From Macrostomum hystrix (lineage: Eukaryota; Animalia; Platyhelminthes), in contig CATNEN010000007.1 of the NCBI GenBank assembly GCA_950097015.1, positions 4,340,001 to 4,404,000 on the forward strand: a stretch of DNA of 64,000 bases, in the 5' to 3' direction. Both the position numbers and the translations under genes were made by a program. The notes beneath the pieces are model-generated. The model ran no database searches. It had not been told where the DNA came from and saw only the letters and a program-made list of their open reading frames with translations. Below, piece by piece: positions 52,771 through 64,000 of the stretch. Positions within the stretch are counted from its first letter, which is position 1. Each line of letters begins with the position of its first letter.

Positions 52771-53524
52771 GATTACTTTAACGGGCTTGGACAGAGTGGA
52801 CAGGAAACTGGTCTGCAAACTGGGTTGCTAATTTGTCATTAGCGTGCAGTAAATGTCCATGAGCACGCTGTCAGTTGGTTTGTCAACGGGGCTGATAGTT
52901 TGTATTCAAACGGATTAATTGTTTGTCTTTCAACGGGATATGTTAATTGATTTATCAAAATGCTCTTAGTTGTTTAGCAAACATTAAATGGTCTGTGAAA
53001 TGTGTGTTGGCTTATACCACAGAATATCAATTGATATTCTGTGGCTTATACCTCAAATGGATTGTAAATTGGTCTGTTAATGCTAATAAATAAACTGTTG
53101 TTAATTAGCCGGTCTGTAATGGAGCTGTGATTTAATGTCATCAAGAAGTAAATCAATCTGCCTACGGGCTGTGACAATTGTCTCAACGGGCTGTATATTA
53201 GTCTACAAAAATCCGCAGCTTGGAATCAGAAGGGTACATCATACACTATGTACATCTGCGTCACCTCAATGATCGTCTGCTATTGACTGCTGAGTAACTC
53301 ACTTATTAAGAAGCTATGACTTTAATGTCCACCTATACCACCGTCACAAAACAAATTCGCGTGGTCACACGATCACCACATCCCTTGTACATCGGTCGCG
53401 TGATTTGATGGCTCATTGGATGGCAGTTTGAAAAACTTTAAGAATCAATATATAATAGGTGGAAACCTCTTGACTTTACGATATTGAAATTCAGCTGACT
53501 GCATTTGTCATACACGTAGACAAA

Positions 53525-55325
53525 ATGAAGATTTTGGAGATAAAATCCTGCGGAAGGCTGAGCATTCCAGTGCTGGGTAAGGTTTTCCTTCGGAATGAGG
53601 TGAGCTACGAGCTACATGTCTATATACTTAGATATATAGTCTCATAATTACGTCGACATCTTGCTGCTCATACTCGCATATGAACCTGCAGATATTACAT
53701 ATTCTCCACCTCGCTAAATCAATACTAGAACAAATAACTTACTTGTAGTAGTGACTGAACTTATTCTTGAACAGATTCGAGATTACACAAGCCGACGAGG
53801 CAACGGACAGCTATTTAGCATTCTTCTGGCGGACGAATCGGCCGAAATCAAGGTCTGCTTCTTTGGCCGCGAGCTGGCCGAGCGCTGGAACTTGTGCGCC
53901 GTGGGCAGGGCGATACAGGTGTCAGGTGGAGAGGCAAAAGTAGCGGACACTCGCTTTAACGTAGCCAACAACATTTTCGAAATAATATTGAATATTGACA
54001 ACGGCGGCCTCGTTGAACGAGCTGATAACATTATCTGCAGCCCTCAATTCAAGTTTCGGCTCATATCCGAGCTGCCGACCGTCGGGTCCAGCGGGTAAGA
54101 TTCACGTTGTAACGACATTGTACTTTTCAACTGACTAAAGTATTAGAGCGATTTTTGGCAAGGAGCTCTTAAGTAGAAGGACGTTATATTCAAGCATGGG
54201 AAACTATTCAAATCCGATTTTTAGAAAGATGCATATTGAATATTTATATATTTACACTTTCGAGGCTGATTTTCCTCGATTCGATTATGATCGACGTAAG
54301 GAAGCATTAAATATTCAAATATAGTGAATTTTTCATGTACACATAAAATCGAAGTTCAATCTAGAAACGTTTCCAGACGCAAAAAGCATATTTCTCAAAT
54401 TTACAGTTTCTTATCCTTAAGTTTGAACTAGACTACTAATAATAGCACAATAAGGGTTAAATAAAAAATGACAGAAATGCATAGCAAATACGGGGACACT
54501 GCAATGGGGGGTTCATTGGAAGTCAGAGTTTGAGGCAATGGCCTAATTGACACTCGCGGCTATTGCCTCAAACTCTGACTTCCTATGAGCATCATTGCTT
54601 AAAATTTCCATCAATTCTATGCAATGGCCGGCCATTGCCATTGCCATTGCCAAGAAGTGAAATTTTAGGCAATGTCTGTTTGACACAAGAAGAACTGGAC
54701 CTGTATGTATTTACAAGATAAATATAGTACTTTCTCAATTTCCTGCCAGAGCTATCGTCGACGTTCTTGGCGTCGTAATTTCAAAGGATGGTCCAACGGA
54801 AGTGCCAACAAGGAAGGGCCCTTGCGCAAAGAGCACAATTGTATTGGCAGATGCAACAAACACGGCTGTCACCTGCACGTTCTGGGGACAAAGCGCGGCC
54901 CAGGTAGCGTCATGGTCAGCGAATGACGTTTTAGCAATTAAAGGCGCGCGGACAAGCGATTATGGATCGATGTCCCTCAATTGCAGCTCCGCTCTGTGCA
55001 TGATGGAGCCTGACATCCACCAGAATGTCGAAGTCGACCGTCTGCGGACCTGGATCACTCAGCGCGATGACAGACTCACGCCTGCTGCCATTGAATTTGT
55101 TGCTGCCGCTGCCATCCGCGAGAAAGCAGATGAAATTTTTTTAGAAATACCATCTGCGGTGAAGCGGGTGCGCATTCGCCGCGGAAGTTTGGAGGTAAGA
55201 TAAATTTAAATGTCGATTTATCTGCGGGACTGGATTTGTGCGACTGTTCTTCTTACTCGCTTATTATCCAAATTACAATTTCAGAAATCTGTGTCTTTCG
55301 AGGAGGCGGGTCTGAGCTCCTCCCA
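53525..55325 (+). CDS. Helitron-encoded RPA70-like protein (two OB folds)
   Basis: Exons 53525-53576, 53749-54094 (QIRDYTSRRGNGQLFSILLADESAEIKVCFF, cf. RPA70 DBD-A), 54750-55194 (IVDVLGVV...TCTFWG...VLAIKGARTSDYG, cf. DBD-B), 55285-55325. 3' end unresolved. Confidence 0.85.
54501..54598. other. Long inverted repeat/hairpin in an intron of the RPA-like gene
   Basis: Perfect 22-bp arms 54518-54539 and 54562-54583, with imperfect extension outward. Confidence 0.85.
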
Positions 55326-55971
55326 GTGAGTAATTTAAATTATGGCTTTGGCCAATCGGCTCATTAGTGGTTTGATTGATGAATCAATGCATATGGAAAC
55401 TACAAATTGATAATCATATGATTGAAATTTGCTCTTAAAAGTTTACATACTTATAGTTTTCTTAGGCATGTGCTGACCACTGATTTGATTGAGCTACATA
55501 AATATATATCTGAAATATAACTTCATGAATATAATGAGTTATTTATAAAAAATATATAAGCAAACTGTGTATATGGGTACTACAGGAAGTGAACACAGGT
55601 AGTCTTTGCAATCTTAAGCTCATGAAAAACCGAAAACTTATCCTTGCAGGCAAAGCGAAGCATCATTTGCGTCGTCAGGCTACTAAGAGGAATTTTGAAA
55701 ATTCCAAATGAGAAATGCAGCATCGCAGCAAAAGGAGATATCGCATTAAGGCCCGATGAATGAAGCACAATGAAGAAAAATTGAAAATGGACTAGAATTC
55801 TTTTGTGCATTAACATTTAAAGCTTTTTTCTATGAAAAGAGAAGTTAAATTTTGTTCCACAAGCTAACATATTAAAATATACCTTGCAGACTATAGAACA
55901 GATTTACAAAAAGTCTATTGGATGAAAGGCTGTTTGTGCTAGATTGTTTTTAATTATTTTAAAAGTAACTA

Positions 55972-56241
55972 TATTCTCAGCAACAGTCAAAAGTGACACC
56001 TCTAGCAAGAGAACACTTTTCTCTCTCCTCTCACTTGTCTGCAAGTGATGCAACTTGCACCATGGCATAAGCTAAGGTTGAAGGAAAATGGGTAAATTGC
56101 AAGCATTGGTGTGGAAATAAACATTTTTTAGAATTGAAATCCCCAATGCATGAAGTAAGTTATATCACTCTTGACTGAAGTGATATAGAGAAAATTTTTC
56201 TCCTTCATTAGATGTGTCACTTTTGACTGTTGCTAAGTATA
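55972..56241. mobile_element. MITE-like insertion (~270 bp) inside the Helitron
   Basis: Perfect 21-bp IR AGCAACAGTCAAAAGTGACAC at 55979-55999 and 56214-56234, extending imperfectly into TATA-rich flanks. Confidence 0.65.
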
Positions 56242-57124
56242 TACCTACACTTATTTAACAACTTAACACAGTAAACATACTTATTACTGTTTTCTTGCTA
56301 ATAAGAAAAAACAGACATTAAAACTTGAAGACCGACATTGTTATACATTTTTTTAGTCCTGTACAAATCATGTACAAATGGGTATGAAAATATTACATTC
56401 AATATAGCAGAATAAAGCTTGGAAACTTGCCTTTTAAACATTGGGAAGTCTGGATTACTAGCTAAATAGACATAAAAAGAGTTAATCATCTATGACTCCA
56501 GCCATGTAGGAATATTATATCAATTTCAATATAATACAATACCTATAATAAGCTATGTAACACTGTATGATAAAAATATGCAACACAATGCTTGGTTTAT
56601 GAAATAATTTTCAGCTGGGCCTAATTCATATTATATAAATGATCTAAACATGGTAGCTGATATAGGTTATAGATCTTATATAGTATTTTTAGCTTCTATA
56701 TAATTATAATAAAGGGAAATAAACTTGATATGTAAACAAGAACAGCATTTTTAATGCTAGCAATGCATATCAAGAATGAAATTAATAGGCCTACAAAGTA
56801 CAAACTAGGATAAACTGATTCACATCATAAAAAATATATAAATCAACCCTAAAGTAAAAAAGCTTTATTTCACAAAAGTTCATTGAACTTTTCATAATCA
56901 AAATAATGCTTACAACAATACAACTAGAACAAACAAAATTGCAACAAATTGGGTACTATTGATGATTTTGCAAAGGCTTTACCAATGAAAGAACAATATT
57001 GCTATGACTTGGCAATTGTACTAGCCAGTCAGCCATAAAGAGGCCTTATAAGCAATTCTTGCTAATCATTGTTTGGCTATTGCACTTTAGATTTTGCTGT
57101 TCAAGTATTGGAGTTAGGGATGAG

Positions 57125-57225
57125 TCTATAACATTTGATTGCCACAATTTGACTTCCACAATTTGACTGCAGTAAATTTGACTGCTAACAATTTGACTGC
57201 CATCAATTTGACTGCAAGCAACACA
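57125..57225. repeat. ~15-bp tandem repeat (caatttgactgc core)
   Basis: About 6 copies in the Helitron 3' region. Confidence 0.8.
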
Positions 57226-57710
57226 GCAAATTAATAAATATCAAGTCTTCTGCCAATGCTGGACCAAGTCAAAAACAATTTCCAAGTCAATTGCCATCGG
57301 CAATAATACAGCCCAATACTCAATAGATGACCGTGAATGAAAAATTAGTGTTCCTAGAAAACAACCAACATAAAAAATCACGAAAGTGTATATCAACACA
57401 TACAATAAAATAAAGTAGCCATCTGCATAAAAAATGTAAATCGAAGCTTACATACAATTGGGGAATATCAGACGTCAGCACCAGCAACAAATGCTATACA
57501 CTATATATTTTCTTATAACCTAGAATTTCGTTTTAACGCAGAATTCATCCGGATTTTAGCTGAACTGATGAAGGCGGGCTATCCAGAAAATAGACCTTGA
57601 TGATCTGCTTGATATTGATCCGAGGGATCTGCTAACATGCTGTTAACAGCTGCAATTATTGCTTCATCTGCTATTTCATCTGGAATTGGAATATTGTCTT
57701 CTTAATTAAC

Positions 57711-57738
57711 GACCCGCGAAGCGGGTCTCAATGGCTAG
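57711..57738 (+). terminator. Helitron 3' hairpin and CTAG terminus
   Basis: GACCCGCGAAGCGGGTC-TCAATGG-CTAG followed by T. Confidence 0.88.
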
Positions 57739-58533
57739 TTAGGAAGTCCTAATATTGTTGCATACGTGTGCGCGCCCCATTTGCATCCTTTTAGACAATG
57801 GAAAATGCATAATATAGGGGTGTGGTCAGCAGCATTATTCAGTCCCTCAGTTAGAGGGTAGAGTCGCGGAGCAGAAAATTGGCGTTAGTTCCGTCAAATA
57901 AACTCACCTCCTTGTCTCCGAAACGCAGTCAGATTCGTTGTACACCGTTGAATTGGCTAACCAGCAACCAATTCACTGTAAAAGCAACTGCTTAGCCATC
58001 ACAAGGAAAGGTCTGCGATTAGGCTGCTTCAGACCATGGCTGCATATCCTCAATTTTAGAGTGGAAGAACCTCTGAATCATGAAAAGCAGCGAACATGTA
58101 TTTCAACCACTCTCTCCAGGCCCATCGATATGCAGCCAACCTGCTCTCCAATGCAGTGACACCAATTGCAGTTTGACAATATTTCCTATCTCCGCCAGTC
58201 AATATGCTTCTCCTGTTTAGTTTCAATTTTAAATAGCTTGCTTTAAATTCAGTCAAGCAGAAGCAAGAGTTTATTGAATTAAATAATTGAAAGTTCAATG
58301 CACATTATTTCTTAGAAACTGCAAAGATTTGATGTCACTGCAGCAGGATTTCACCTGACATGACTCATTGGGCCAATGGGCTGATAATATAATCATGCAC
58401 CATTACACATCAGGCTGCTACATGTACTTGTGATGGCGATTAGTTGCAAATATTTCTGACACAAATTAACACAGGCAGCAGCCTCACCCATGGTGAACAC
58501 AGTCTGAGTTGTACATCGTCCGACCTGAGCTCA

Positions 58534-59948
58534 TTAATACTCATCTGTCGACATCCGCGACTGGCCTGAGATGTCGCCCATATACTGCGCCATAGGTGTA
58601 GACCCGGCGGGGACCTGCTGGCTCCAGCTGTGACAGTCTCGCGAGAATGTCATCTGCGAAATAAAATTGTGTGTAATTAAGATACAAATTAGAAGTCATT
58701 CAATGACTAAGTGGCCGCAAAAATTGAAAGCCCTACGAGGAATGCCACACGTAAGTGCACTTTTTAGACCCAGCATGCATAATTGAGAGTCCAGAAGGAA
58801 AATATTTACGCATCCCCTAATCAAGATGGAAAAATCAATTTTTCGACAGAAACTCACCTCTTTGTTCCCGACTCGCACTCGAATTCTTCGCAAGCCCTCG
58901 ACCTGGGCGAACATTCGCTCTGGGTACCGCAGTTCCATTTCGTCATCCCGTGATGCCTGCTGCTCGTTTGGAGCACTCTGTGTCGCTCGCAGTGCTTCGA
59001 AACGCTGCTGGCTACCTGTGGCCCCTCTGTACCACTCGGTCAGTTCAGAGACTTCGTCAGAGTTCTCTGGCCAATGCTGCACTTCCGCTTGCGAACAGCC
59101 AAGACTAATCATTTGGGCGTATTCCTGGACTTGCGAACCCTGAATCGCCAGAATGTCGCCCACGGACCAGTTGTTTACCTGAGCGGAAGAGCTGGCCCAA
59201 AATGTGCAGGACACTGACGACCCAGATTGATCGACGAGTGTCACTTTTGCCAAGTCGACAAGCTTTCCGGCACCTGTTTTAACTTCTCGTGGTTTTTCGA
59301 CAGCAGAAATGATGCCACGAACATCAACTTTCCTGTACGAGCGTATTGTGTAGTGCAAATTTGGGTGGAATTGTAAAAAAGTAAATGACTACGCGAATGG
59401 TGTTTGCTTGTAAGAGCGTAACTTTCTCACCCAAAAACCACTAAAACGTGCCAGATCTTTACTCCGAGGGAAAAACTCCCTACAGGGAAACAGAGGCATT
59501 GACATGCTAACACTTTATACTACTCACGTTTTCATTTCGATGCCGGAAATATCACATATTTTCTTGTAGTCCCGAGCACGCCGACTGACCGTCTCGTGGG
59601 TGCTCATAATGGTGCCACTTTGGTCAACGGACACACTCATCTCGTAATCGATGTCCGTACTGTTGTACCTTGGATCCGCCTTTTTGATCCAACCTCCTGA
59701 TACGCGGACAGTCTCGACCGCTTGGCACATATCCAGCAATGGCTTCAGGTCCTTGCCAAAAACGCTCACTCGAATGTCTCCCGTGTGTCATCACTCAGGA
59801 TGAAGGAGAAAACTTGGCCCGGACCTCTCTTGTTCTCATAGTCCTTGATTTTTGTCAGTCGCGTCACCAGGCCAACGACCGGAGCGTCCATCAGGCCGGG
59901 CAGTAGAGCAGAGACGCCGACTTTGGTCTTCTTGGCTTGTGGCTCCAT
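58534..59948 (-). pseudogene. Second RPA70-like gene (copy A), 3 exons, with a 2-bp frameshift
   Basis: Exons 59948-59528, 59332-58858, 58653-58534. Removing one ac from gatgacacacggga (~59785) gives KIKDYENKRGPGQVFSFILSDDTGDIRVSVFG; exon 2 has VDVRGII...SCTFWA...ILAIQGSQV. Two intron positions and phases match the plus-strand copy; about 337 aa if repaired. Confidence 0.85.
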
Positions 59949-61016
59949 TGCTCGTTAGATAGCAGAGGAACAGAAAATAAAACAGTCAAGTTAGAGTCTG
60001 AGTTAAGACTAATTGTCTTTTAATAGACTAATTATGATAACTCCGGCTTATACACTTCTGAAAACAATATCTTCAAACTCTATACTAAGTGAATCAATTC
60101 GTTCTTTCGATTGTATTACTAATAGCTTGACTAAGACAATTGCTTCGATTAAATAAGATCAGTCCAAAAATGAAAATACTCACACAACAGTAGAAGCTTT
60201 GAAAAGCGTTGTGTAGCTTACGGCACGATGCAGGACAAAGTCGTGAGATATCAAATGCGCCAACTTTTATTACCAGTGCTCATTATGTAGGCACCACCCC
60301 AAATCGACACCCTTCTGAAAAGTGTGATGACTCACGCATAGACAAATATTTAGAGAGCACAGCAGCGAGCGAAAGTTGGCGGCTTTGTATTGGATTAGAC
60401 AACCTCAATTAAGCTCCCAGCCAATCAAAATCAGCTTTGATATTGCCACAGTCGGTTTTGATTGGCTCACACACAGGTGTACACAGCATGTAATTAGTGC
60501 AAAGTTTATTACAGCTACCTGGAGTACAACGTGCCCGATCAACAATCTGAGTGAGAGAACAACAGCTGGTGTGCACTGGGGGAGATGAGTCAACTTCACA
60601 TATGCCTACCGGCCTGAGTGGGAACCAACCCCAACGCCAAGGCTCGAGTCTTAGCCAATCAGCGAGCGCCTGAGGTCTGCAGTTTTTCTACCCCTCTCGC
60701 GGCTAGGCCAATCAGCTCGCGGCTACTCTGAGCTGGAGGGTCGCCCGAAGTCTGAAAGGCACCACACAGATTAACTCCACACTGAATATAGTTACGACAT
60801 ACACAATAACATTTTTACTTTTTACCTAACACATGGCGTCCCCATGGCGTGATCCTGAGTTGGGGTAGGCATCGGCCTTTCGCGCGCCTAATGTCCCTCG
60901 CCTTAAGTCCTTGGGGTCCTCACCCTGTGCGCTCAAAAAGCCCTGTGCTTATATATGAGTATCTTGCTCCGCGCGGGGGAGCACTTTCGCTACTGGCTTG
61001 GTTCATTTGTTTGGCA

Positions 61017-61469
61017 ATGAAACTCACTTACAATAATTTTTTCGGCGGCGGGCGGCGCGGCAGCGGACGGCGTGGACGCGGTGGAGGCCGTGGAGATGGA
61101 GTATCGTGTCGTCTCTGCGCTGGTCCACACCGGGTCTATCGCTGCCCGCTGCTGGACGACATTGTGCAGCAGCAGCAGCAGCAGCAGCAGCACCCGCACA
61201 ACCAGCAGAACGGGCAGCAGCACCAGCAACACCAACAGCACCAGCAGAACCGGCAGCAGCAGCAACACCAGCAGCACCATAAGCACCAGCAGGACCAGCA
61301 GAACCCTCAGCACCAGCAGCAGCAGCAACACCAGCAGCACCAGAAGAACCGTCAGAACCGGCAGCAACACCAGCAGCACCACCAGCAGCAGAACCAGCAG
61401 CAGCACCAGCAGCAGCAGCAGCAGGACAAACATGATGAAGACGATATGCTTTTGGACAAAGAATGCTGA
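61017..61469 (+). CDS. Small RGG-box + CCHC zinc knuckle + Gln/His-rich protein (150 aa)
   Basis: MKLTYNNFFGGGRRGSGRRGRGGGRGDGVS-CRLCAGPHRVYRC, then a Q/H/N tract and an acidic end. TATA-like cttatatatg ~60950 and several CCAAT motifs at 60420-60715. Coding status unproven. Confidence 0.45.
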   Translation: MKLTYNNFFGGGRRGSGRRGRGGGRGDGVSCRLCAGPHRVYRCPLLDDIVQQQQQQQQHPHNQQNGQQHQQHQQHQQNRQQQQHQQHHKHQQDQQNPQHQQQQQHQQHQKNRQNRQQHQQHHQQQNQQQHQQQQQQDKHDEDDMLLDKEC

Positions 61470-61699
61470 TGTTTTGGTTGAAGGAAGGATCTGAATTGCA
61501 ATTAGCGCAGTAATTTTTTATTAAAAAATAAACGATGAGACGATGAGAGAAACTGAGTAACCAGCAGCAGCACTATGCGCATTCGTTTCTTGGGCGTCGC
61601 TGCACTTAGCAGCCGTGAATATTCCGATATTCAAATGTTTGTAAAAAAGCCTTTGGGGTGTTTAAAGGGTGCAAAAGGGTGCCATGCTGTAAGATTATA

Positions 61700-62790
61700 G
61701 CAAACATCGTCTGGGATAATCGTAAACATCGTCTGTGATTACTGTAAACATCGTCTGGGGTAATTGTAAACATCGTCTGGGGTAATTGTAAACATGGACT
61801 GGAAATAATGACAACCTGGTCTGGGATTACCGTTAACATCGTCCGGGATAATTGTAAACATCGTCTGGGATTATTGTAAACATCGCCTGGGATTACCGTA
61901 AACATCGTCTGGGATAATTGTAAACATCGTCTGGGATTACTGTAAACATCGTCTGGGATAATTGTAAACATCGTCTGGGATTATTGTAAACATCGTCTGG
62001 GATAATTGTAAACATCGTCTGGGATTACTGTAAACATCGTCTGGGATAATTGTAAACATCGTCTGGGATTATTGTAAACATCGCCTGGGATTACCGTAAA
62101 CATCGTCTGGGATAATTGTAAACATCGTCTGGGATTACTGTAAACATCGTCCGGGATAATTGTAAACATCGTCTGGGATTATTGTAAACATCGCCTGGGA
62201 TTACCGTAAACATCGTCTGGGATAATTGTAAACATCGTCTGGGATTACTGTAAGCATCGTCCGGGATAATTGTAAACATCGTCTGGGATTACTGTAAACA
62301 TCGTCTGGGATAATTGCAAACATCGTCTGGGATTATTGTAAACATCGCCTGGGATTACCGTAAACATCGTCTGGGATAATTGTAAACATCGTCTGGGGTA
62401 ATTGTAAACATCACTTGGGATTACTGTAAACATTGTCTGGGACGATTGTAAACATAGTCTGGGATTATTGACAACATCGTCCGGGATTATTGTAAACATC
62501 GTCTGGGATAATTGTAAAGATTGTCTGGGATTTTAGACAACCTGATCTGGGATTACTGTAATCATCGTCTGGGATTACTGCTAACATCGTCTGGGATTAT
62601 TGTAAACATAGTCTGTGATTACTGTCGACATCGTCTGGGATAATTGTAAACATCACTTGGGATTACTGTAAACATTGTCTGGGATGATTGTAAACATGGT
62701 CTGGGATTACAGTAAATCGTAACATGATGGGGATGATCGTAACATGCTCTGCGATTATTGTAAACATGCTGTAGGTTCATTGTAAACATG
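61700..62790. repeat. 21-22-bp minisatellite (tgggattattgtaaacatcgtc), ~45-50 copies
   Basis: Direct inspection. Confidence 0.95.
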
Positions 62791-62997
62791 GGATTACAAT
62801 AATATGATAGGAAGCTTGCTGTCTGCTTGGGGGAATGCTGACAGAGTGCTCCCCAGAGGGGACAGATTATGCAATTCTTTACAAAATTGAAAATTCAATT
62901 TCGATTTTACGAAAATCGTTAGGACAATGCAGCCATTTTACGACAATTCTTGAGAGTTGAGATTTGGCTTTGAAAAGTGTTTAATCCTAGCTTTTTT

Positions 62998-63028
62998 GCC
63001 CGCCCCGAAGGGGGGCTCAGATTGCTAG
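62998..63028 (+). terminator. Second Helitron-like 3' end
   Basis: GCCCGCCCC-GAA-GGGGGGC-TCAGATTG-CTAG|T, same architecture as 57711-57738. No matching 5' end identified. Confidence 0.5.
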
Positions 63029-63084
63029 TGTATTAGCTAATATCAATGGCTGATTCAACCAGTTTGATTCATATAAGTTTCGCA

Positions 63085-63195
63085 GCTGTGCCTAAATCAG
63101 CTGTGCCTAAATCAGCTGTGCCTAAATCAGCTGTGCCTAAATCAGCTGTGCCTAAATCAGCTGTGCCTAAATCAGCTGTGCCTAAATCAGTTTCG
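63085..63195. repeat. 15-bp tandem repeat (aaatcagctgtgcct)
   Basis: About 7 copies. Confidence 0.93.
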
Positions 63196-63589
63196 CAGCT
63201 GTGTCTAAATCAGTTTGTATGACCGATGACAGATCTGAATGACAGTATGACAGATTTGTATGATAGTTAGTTGACAGATACATTGACAGACTGCTAGACT
63301 GATAGACAGATTGATAGACATGTAGATAAATACATAAAAGAAACTTATATGTATACACACTCCACTGTGTGGACTTTTTATAATAACACATTTACATCCT
63401 GATGTCTGTTACTCTACTGTCAGTAGAAATATTCACACGTCAGAATTTTTTACGGTATTGGCTTTACTGAAACATGTGCCTCTTTTTCACAATTTATTTA
63501 CGTAAGGCTGTTAGGTAAGGCTGTTATCATTAATCATAGTAAATATTTCACAAAGCATAGCATAGTCAAACAAAATTGCACAACCTTAA

Positions 63590-63720
63590 TGCCGTTATTA
63601 GTAAATCATAATGCAGTAATTAGTAAATCATAATGCAGTAATTAGTCAATCATAATGCAGTTATTGGTCAATCATAATGCAGTTATTGGTCAATCATAAT
63701 GCAGTTATTGGTCAATCATG
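63590..63720. repeat. ~21-bp tandem repeat (aatcataatgcagttattggtc)
   Basis: About 6 copies. Confidence 0.9.
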
Positions 63721-64000
63721 TCTTCGCCATGCCGTGGCCCGCAGAGCTGAAATAGCGAAATAAATAAACTATAGACACAAAACATTTTAGCACAGATGAA
63801 TCACCATCTCATCAGAAAGTGCAGGCATCAATTCTGTTATTAAAAAGGGTTTGCTGGTTTGGCAGTTTCTTTCGCAAGCGGAACAGCATTATTGCATGAT
63901 TCATTAGAATCTTTCATGTCAATCCTACTGTCCGCAGCAAAATTATTCTGCCCTGCTTCACAGAGCGCATTCACTGGGGTATGCAATAAATATATAAATA

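Larger units (their letters stand above)
45676..57738 (+). mobile_element. Full-length Helitron (~12.06 kb) encoding RepHel and an RPA70-like protein
   Basis: 5' A|TCTAATACC followed by a (GTCT)n tract; 3' hairpin GACCCGC-GAA-GCGGGTC, 7 nt, CTAG|T. No TSD, A/T target. Removing it restores a 203-bp intron versus 204 bp in the paralogous copy. Confidence 0.88.

Noticed and set aside
60990-61433. Leu/Val-rich membrane protein on the minus strand
   Set aside because: Antisense reading of the CAG-rich tract.

Overview
Eukaryotic, intron-rich animal genomic DNA. GC-rich exons and minisatellite-packed introns suggest a flatworm such as Macrostomum lignano (inference only). Left half: two host genes on the minus strand that I could reconstruct exon by exon, a MADD/AEX-3 DENN-domain Rab3-GEF (869-28572, about 19 exons, about 1580 aa) and NDUFS1 (30997-34733, 7 exons, about 729 aa, with one GC-AG intron). 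Most large MADD introns contain an unrelated tandem repeat, which explains most long ORFs in the track. Right half: a transposon graveyard. It holds a dead Merlin/IS1595-type transposase with an adjacent MITE (9-bp TSD), a BEN-domain gene and a degraded Helitron fragment. It also holds a full-length 12.06-kb Helitron (45676-57738; A|TC ... hairpin-CTAG|T) encoding a 6-exon Rep-PIF1 protein and a spliced two-OB-fold RPA70-like gene. This Helitron sits inside an intron of an older, oppositely oriented RPA-like gene copy. A further RPA-like copy and a small RGG-CCHC-polyQ/H ORF lie to its right. The best candidate for an undescribed system is this Helitron family with mini-RPA accessory genes, a shared basic C-terminal motif and a shared internal repeat. 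All homology calls come from motif recognition by eye; no database searches were run.
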